A DNA stretch of 64,000 nt, taken from NCBI RefSeq assembly GCF_009914755.1, contig NC_060934.1; one strand, written 5' to 3'. This document shows, piece by piece, positions 57,706 to 64,000 of this stretch. How positions within the stretch are numbered: position 1 is the first letter of the stretch; the number at the start of each line of letters is the position of its first letter. The notes beneath the pieces were generated by a model. That model saw only the letters and a list, made by a program, of their open reading frames with translations, did not search any database and was not told where the DNA came from. Both the position numbers and the translations under genes were made by a program. The DNA comes from the human T2T-CHM13v2.0 reference genome, Homo sapiens.

Positions 57706-58158
57706 TTTCATGCGCGTCCGTGTGAAGAGACCACCAAACAGGCTTTGTGTGAGCAACATGGCTGTTTATTTCACCTGGGTGCAGGCAGGCTGAGTCCGAA
57801 AAGAGAGTCAGTGAAGGGAGATAGGGGTGGGGCCGTTTTATAGGATTTGGGTAGGTAAAGGAAAATTACAGTCAAAGGGGGTTTGTTCTCTGGCGGGCAG
57901 GAGTGGGGGTCGCAAGGTGTTCAGTGGGGGTGCTTTTTGAGCCAGGATGAGCCAGGAAAAGGACTTTCACAAGGTAATGTCATCACTTAAGGCAAGGACT
58001 GGCCATTTGCACTTCTTTTGCGGTGGAATGTCATCAGTTAAGGTGGGGCAGGGCATATTCACTTCTTTTGTGATTCTTCAGTTACTTCAGGCCATCTGGG
58101 CATATACGTGCAAGTCACAGGGGATGTGATGGCTTGGCTTGGGCTCAGAGGCCTGACA
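57706..58158 (-). mobile_element. 3' LTR7
   Basis: On -: TGTCAGGCCTCTGAGCCCAAGCC...CACACGGACGCGCATGAAA. AATAAA on - at 57765-57770. Confidence 0.97.
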
Positions 58159-58170
58159 TTCCTGCCTTCT
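58159..58170 (-). other. Polypurine tract
   Basis: AGAAGGCAGGAA on - immediately before the 3' LTR. Confidence 0.8.
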
Positions 58171-59134
58171 GATATTAATAAGAAAAATAAAACAAAATAA
58201 TGTTGAAGTGTTGGGGCAGCGAAAATTTTTGGGGGGTGGTATGGAGAGAGAATGGGCGATGTTTCTGAGGGCTGTTTCAAGCGGGATTAGGGGTGGCTTG
58301 GGAACCTAGAGTGGGAGAGATTAAGCTGAAGGGAGGTCTTGTGGTAAGGGGTGATATTGTGGGGATGTTAGAAGAAACATTTGTCATATAGAATGATTGG
58401 TGATGGCCTAGATACGGTTTTGGATGAATTGAGAAACTAAATGGAATAACAGAAGGAGAAAAACAGGTATAAAATGTCTAAGAATTGGGATGACTCAGGA
58501 TATCTGATTAGAGAGTGCCTAAGGAGATTCAGCATAGTCCTGCCAGCAAAGATTATTTATTTACTTCAAGAGTTAAGAGTGGCAGTTTGGGGATAGCACC
58601 AGGAGATATCAGCTGTGATGGCTTGGAAAAACAGTGTAAACCAGCAGTGTAAACAAGAGCAGGGCATGTATGAGTAGTTGAGAACGGTGAATAGGAGTAT
58701 GACTAGACAGAAGATAGTAGGGATGACAAGTTTTTTGGGGCACAGTCCAAGTTGGTCTGGTGTCTGGAATGAGACTGGGGCCTAATAAAAAGGAGCGTCT
58801 ATACAAGAGCTTAAATGGGCTGTACCCTGTAGCATTCTAAGGACAGGCCTGAATTCTGAGAAGGGAAAGTGGTAAAAGTATTGTCCAGTCCTTTTTAAGT
58901 TGGTGGCTGAGCTTGGTGAGGTGTGTTTTTAATAGACCATTAGTCCTTTCTACTTTTCTTGAAGATGGAGGACCGTAAGGGATATAAAGGTTTCACTGAA
59001 TACTAAGAGCCTGAAAAACTGCTTGGCTCATTTGACTAATGAAGGCTCATCTGTTATCAGACTGTATTGAGGTGGGAAGGCTAAACTGAGGAATTATGTC
59101 TGACAGAATGGAAGAAATGACTGCGGTGGCCTTC

Positions 59135-60538
59135 TCAGACCCTGTAGGAAAGGCTTGTACCTATCCAGTGAAAGTGTCTACCTAGACCAAGAGATATGTT
59201 AGTTTTCTGACTCAGGGCATGTTGAGTAAAGCTAATTTGCCAGTCCTGGGTGGGGCAATTCCTCGAGCTTGATGTGTGGGGAAGGGAGGAGGCCTGAATA
59301 ATCCCTGAGGAGTAGTAGAATAGCAGATGGAACACTGAGAAGTTATTTCCTTGAGGATAGATTTCCACGATGGAAAAGAAATGAGAGGTTCTAAGAGGTG
59401 GGCTAGTGGCTTGTACTATAGCAAAACCTGCCTTTGCTGGTGTGTGGCGATTAGGCCTGGTGGAACCGCCATCAATAAATCAAGCATGATCAGGGTGAGG
59501 AATAGGAAAGAAGGAAATTTGGGGAAACGGGGTGAATGTCAGGTGGATCAGAGAGATAGTCATGGGGGTCAGGTGTGGTATCAGGAATAATGTGGGAGGC
59601 CGGATTGAAGTCTGGGCCAGGAACAATGGTAATTGTGGGAGGCTCAACAAAGTGTGAGTATAGCTGAAGGAGCCAGGAAGCAGAAAGTATATCCATCAGG
59701 TATGAGGAAGAAAATAGATTTTGGAAGTTAGGAGAACTGTAGAGAATGAGTTGAGCACAGTTTGTGATTTTGAGGGCCTCTAAAAGTACTAAAGCAGTGG
59801 CAGCCGCTGCATGCAGACATGAGGGCTAGGCTAAAACAGTAAGGTCAAGTTGTTTGGACAGAAAGCCTACAGGGTGTTGTCCTGGCTCTTGTGTAAGAAT
59901 TCTGACCGCGCTAACCATGCCTAGGAAGGAAAGGAGTTGTCGTTTTGTAGAAGGTGCTTGGGTTTGAGAGATCAGTCGGACACGATTGGCAGGGAGAGCA
60001 CGTGTGTTTTTATGAGAATTATGCAGAGATAGGTAACAGATGAGGAAGAAATTTGGGCTTGATTGAAGTAATGGGGGCTGTCTGTGAACCTTTGCAGCAG
60101 TACAGCCTAGGTAATTTGCTGAGCTTGATGGGTGTCAGGGTCAGTCCAAATGAAAGTGAAGAGAGGCTGGGATGAAGGGTGCAAAGGAATAGTAAAGAAA
60201 GCATGTTTGAGATCTAGAACAGAATAATGGGTTGTAGAGGCAGGTATTGAGGATAGGAGAGTATATGGGTTTGGCGCCATGGGGTGGATAGGCAAAACAA
60301 TTTGGTTGATAAGGCGCAGATCCTGAACTAAATTGTAAGGCTTGTCTGGTTTTAGGACAGGTAAAATGGGGGAATTGTAAGGAGAGTTTATAGGTTTTAA
60401 AAGGCCATGCTTTAGCAGGCGAGTGATAACAGGCTTTAATCTTTTTAAAGCGTGCTGTGGGATGGGATATTGGCGTTGAGTGGGGTAAGGGTGATTAGGT
60501 TTTAATGAGATGGTAAGGGGTGCATGACCGGTCGCCAA
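59135..60538 (-). pseudogene. HERV-H pol remnant (RT N-terminal part; RNaseH/IN fragments)
   Basis: ORF 60107..60538 has QYPI, SPYNSPILPV, VQDLRLIN, VLDLKHAFFTIPL and FTFIWTD. IN-like QDWQISFT in ORF 59135. No YxDD-containing segment follows the RT fragment in the ORF track; fragmented. Confidence 0.9.
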
Positions 60539-60691
60539 GGAGGGAGTAGAGATATCTTATACTTGTGGGTTAAGGTGGGGGGATACAAGAGGAGGACACA
60601 AAGGAGGCTTTGGATTGGGAAGAAGGGCGGCAATGAGACATAGCTGTAGTCCAGGAATAGTCAGGGAAGCAGATAATTTAGTTAAAGTGTC

Positions 60692-60916
60692 TCAGCCTAA
60701 TAAGGGAGCTGGGCAGGTGGGGATAACTAAAAAGGAGTGCTTAAAAGAGTATTGTCTAAGTTGGCACCAGAGTTGGGGAGTTTTAAGAGGTTTAGAAGCC
60801 TGGCCGTCAATATCCACAACAGTTATGGAGGCAAGGGAAACAGGCCCTTGAAAAGAAGGTAATGTGGCGTGGGTGGCCTCCGTATTGATTAAGAAGGGGA
60901 CGGGCTTACCTTCCAC
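60692..60916 (-). pseudogene. HERV-H protease remnant
   Basis: VPFLINTEATHATL at the position of the retroviral LxDTGA motif (catalytic Asp absent), followed by HSFLVIPTCPAPLLG. Confidence 0.88.
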
Positions 60917-61092
60917 TGTGAGAGTTACCGGAAGCTCGGCGTCCGTGATGGTCTAGGGGGCTTCCGAGGCGATCCGGCAGCGTCAGTCTTCAGCCGCTAA
61001 GCCGAGAAGATCTGCGAAGGAGTCAGAGAGCCTTGGGCCAGAGTTCCAGGGCCTCTGGGAGTGGCTGCCAGGTGAGTTGAACAGTCCAATTT

Positions 61093-61586
61093 TCAGTGGG
61101 GTCCCACACAGATGGGACACAGGTTAGGAGGAATCCCGGGCTGCGGGCATTCCTTGGCCCAGTGGCCAGATTTCCGGCACATGTAGCAAGCTCCTGTGGG
61201 AGGAGGTTCTGGAGGAACGCCTGGCCGCTGTGGTTCAGGCGTTTGGAAGTTCTTGGGTGCTGGAGATGTGGCTGGGGTTTGTCTCACAGTGGAGGCAAGG
61301 AATTGCAACTTTTTTCTATTATTGTACACCTTGAAGGCGAGGTTCATTAAATCCTGTTGTGGGGTTTGAGGGCTGGAATTTAATTTTTGGAGTTTTATTT
61401 AGTGTCGGGAGCAGATTGGGTAATAAAATGTATATTGAGAATAAGACGGCCTTTTGACCTTTTAGGGTCTAGGGCTGTAAAGTGTCTCAGGGTTGCTGCC
61501 AAAGGAGTCATGAACTGGGCTGGGTTTTTATATTTGATGAAAAAGATCCTAAACGCTTCTGATTTGGGATAAAGAAAAAGGAGCAT
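61093..61586 (-). pseudogene. HERV-H gag remnant (capsid C-terminal part and NC zinc knuckle)
   Basis: NPAQF...HFITQSAPD (ORF 61395), NLAFKVYNNR and CCHC knuckle CYMCRKSGHWAKEC (ORF 61093). Confidence 0.9.
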
Positions 61587-62319
61587 TAACCTTGACTATG
61601 CCTTTAGCTCCAGCCACCGTTTTAAGAGTAAATTGCTGGGCAGGAGGGGGAGGGCTAGTCACTGAACGAAACTGTAAGCCGGACCAGGTGTGAGGAGGGG
61701 AGGTGATGAAAGGATTACAGGGTGGAGGAGCAGAGGCTGAGGAAGAATTGGGACCTAGCTCGGCCTGGCGAGGAGCAGCCTGGGGAGGAAGGGAGAGGTC
61801 AGATGGGTCTGTAGAAAAGGAAGATTAGAAAGACTCAGTGACGCTTGGGGTTGGTACTGAGGGGACAGGCGGGAGGGAAAGAAGGAAGATTTGGGACGAG
61901 TTGCAATGGGCACAGACTAGGAAGGGACTGATGTGTAAAAGAATACCTGGACATCAGGCACCTCAGACCATTTGCCTATTTTACAACAAGAATTATTTAG
62001 ATCTTGCAGGATGGAAAAATTCAAAGTGCCATTTTCTGGCTATTTGGAACTACTGTCGAGTTTGTATTGGGGTCAAGAGACATTGCAGAAGAAAATAAGG
62101 CATTTAGGTTTTAGGTCAGGTGTGAGTTGAGGTTTTAAGTTTTTGAGAACACAGGCCAAGGGAGTAGAAGGAGGAATGGAGGGTGAAGTTTCCCATAGTG
62201 AAGGAAGCAAGCCTAGAGAAAAGAGAGAGTAGAGAAATGGAAGGAAGGGGTTCAGGGGTTCTTACCTTCCAGAAAAGTGGGAAAAGGGGTTGGGGCTCAG
62301 AGATAAGAGGTCAGGGCAC

Positions 62320-62780
62320 GGAAATAAGGGATGGGGCGCAGAAATAAGAGGTCGGGGCGTGGAAATAAGGGATTGGGGTGCAGAGATATGAGGTTGGGGC
62401 ATGGAAATAAGGGATTGGGGTGCAGAGATATGAGGTTGGGGCATGGAAATAAGGGATTGGGGCACAGAGATATGAGGTTGGGGTACTTGCCCCTCCTCTA
62501 GAAAAGCGGGACTTGCCACTAAGAGTGAAGGAGAAGGGGTTGAGTGGTACTTGCCCCTCCCCCAGAAAAGCGGGACTTGTCGCTAAGGGTGAAGGAGAAG
62601 GGGTTGAGGGGTACTTGCCCCTCTCCAAGAAAAGCTGAGAAGGGGTAGAGACAAGGAGAGAAGGGGTTGGGGTACTTGCCCTGTCCCTGGAAAAGCAGAG
62701 AAGGGGTAGAGACAAGGAGAGAAGGGGTTGGGGTACTTGCCCCTTCCCCAGAAAAGCGGGAATTGCTGCTAAGGGTGAAG
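62320..62780. repeat. Two tandem arrays in the HERV-H leader (42-bp and 61-64-bp units)
   Basis: GGAAATAAGGGAT... units at 62320, 62361, 62403 and 62445. GTACTTGCCCC anchors at 62483, 62547, 62611, 62672 and 62733. Confidence 0.9.
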
Positions 62781-63065
62781 GACCAAGGCAGGCATCCCTG
62801 CATGGTCTGACACCCTTGAAACGTGGGTTAATAATCAGAGAGGCGTCCCTGCAATGATTAAACAACAAGGGAAGGCTGCCTTCCCAGTCCGTGACCGGTG
62901 CCAGAGTTTTGGGTCCACGGATAAAACATGTCTCCTTTGTCTCTACCAGAAAATGAAAGGAATTGAAATTAAGAGAAGGGAGAGATTGAAGTGTGGCACC
63001 AAGATTGAAAGGAGAAAGAGGTTGAGGGATAGTGAGGGAAGTTGGAGAAGAGAGTAAGAAGAGGC

Positions 63066-63075
63066 TGCTTACCGG
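63066..63075 (-). promoter_or_regulatory. HERV-H leader splice donor
   Basis: CCG|GTAAGCA on -, about 145 nt downstream of the 5' LTR, where the HERV-H major donor is expected. Confidence 0.7.
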
Positions 63076-63198
63076 ATTTGAAATTGGTGAGATGTTTCTT
63101 GGGCTGGTCGGTCTGAGGACCTGAGGTCATAGGTGGATCTTTCTCATGGATCAAAGAGCAGGAGGACAGGGGATTGATCTCCCAAGGGAGGTCCCCCG

Positions 63199-63216
63199 AT
63201 CCGAGTCACGGCACCA
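63199..63216 (-). other. Primer-binding site for tRNA-His
   Basis: TGGTGCCGTGACTCGGAT on -, the 18-nt complement of the tRNA-His 3' end, just inside the 5' LTR boundary. Confidence 0.95.
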
Positions 63217-63218
63217 AA

Positions 63219-63669
63219 TTTCATGCGTGTCCGTGTGAAGAGACCACCAAACAGGCTTTGTGTGAGCAATATGGCTGTTTATTTCACCTGGGCGCAGGCA
63301 GGCTGAGTCCAAAAATAGAGTCAGTGAAGGGAGATGGGGGTGGGGCCGTTTTATAGGATTTGGGTAGGTAAAGGAAAATTACAGTCAAAGGGGGTTTGTT
63401 CTCTGGCGGGCAGGAGTGGGGGTCGCAAGGTGCCCAGTGGAGGTGCTTTTTGAGTCAGGATGAGCTAGGAAAAGGACTTTCACAAGGTAATGTCATCACT
63501 TAAGGCAAGGACCAGCCATTTACACTTCTTTTGTGGTGGAATGTCATCAGTTAAGGTGGGGCAGGGCATATTCACTTCTTTTATGATTCTTCAGTTACTT
63601 CAGGTCATCTGGGTATACGTGCAAGTCACAGGGGATGCGATGGCTTGGCTTGGGCTCAGAGGCGTGACA
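63219..63669 (-). promoter_or_regulatory. 5' LTR7 (promoter LTR)
   Basis: Direct repeat of 57706-58158. TATAAAA on - at 63349-63355, GC/GT boxes; adjacent PBS. Confidence 0.97.
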
Positions 63670-64000
63670 TAAACTTCTTTCCATCCATATTGCCATAAAG
63701 AGTAGGTCTACAATGTTATTGAGTCCTGAAATTATATTACCTTCCTATTGCCATTCACCAAAACTAGAATTGGCAAAAATGTTCATTGTTGTTTTTTAAA
63801 ATCTCATCAAAAAAGAAGTCATCTCCTTGAATTTATTTGCCTTTTGGATGATCATATTTTGAGTCACGAAGCAATAGTAACTCTTATGCTCAGGTTTTTA
63901 CTATAGGGCAATGGGGCAGTTAGACTGGACACTATCTGTGAGTGGGGTCTTGTGTCCAGATTCACACAGGAGCCCCTATGTTAGAGAAGATTTAACTAAT

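Larger units (their letters stand above)
57706..63669 (-). mobile_element. HERV-H provirus, common deleted ~6 kb form with two LTR7s
   Basis: Two ~450-bp direct repeats matching LTR7, a tRNA-His PBS, a PPT, and gag/pro/pol remnants in the correct order. 5-bp TSD CAAAC/TAAAC (57701-57705, 63670-63674). Confidence 0.98.

Noticed and set aside
60107-61347. Possibility of functional HERV-H Gag/Pro/Pol
   Set aside because: Fragmented frames, protease DTG replaced by NTE, RT truncated with DLKD changed to DLKH, and no env ORF.
62320-62780. Regularly spaced repeats that superficially resemble a CRISPR array
   Set aside because: The intervening sequences are related to one another, there are no cas genes, and the array lies in a HERV-H leader in primate DNA.
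63199-63216. Sequence identical to the tRNA-His 3' end including CCA
   Set aside because: Only 18 nt, at the LTR boundary: a retroviral PBS, not a tRNA gene.

Overview
This is primate, most likely human, non-coding genomic DNA dense in repeats: Alu J/S/Y, L1PA/PB/MA/MB/ME, MIR, L2, MaLR and ERV LTRs, and hAT elements. I find no credible host protein-coding exon; the long ORFs in the track come from L1, Alu or HERV-H sequence, or from GC-rich sequence. Two landmarks stand out. (1) A CpG-island promoter at about 8.0-8.8 kb, in which a G-rich 9/11-mer tandem repeat sits between two same-strand CTCF-like motifs, followed by good + strand splice signals that suggest a spliced lncRNA. From memory this may be LINC01094, which I have not verified. 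(2) A two-LTR HERV-H/LTR7 provirus of about 5.96 kb on the - strand (57706-63669), with a tRNA-His PBS, a PPT and a 5-bp TSD, pointing back toward the island. Between them lie a fossil Charlie (hAT) transposase with nested Alu and L1 insertions, an ERVL gag remnant, a cluster of solo LTRs, and a 58-bp local duplicate with scrambled filler that looks like a templated-insertion repair scar. Subfamily names come from recognising consensus sequence by eye, and the boundaries of old repeats are approximate. I cannot demonstrate a new biological system from this sequence; the findings are testable candidates.
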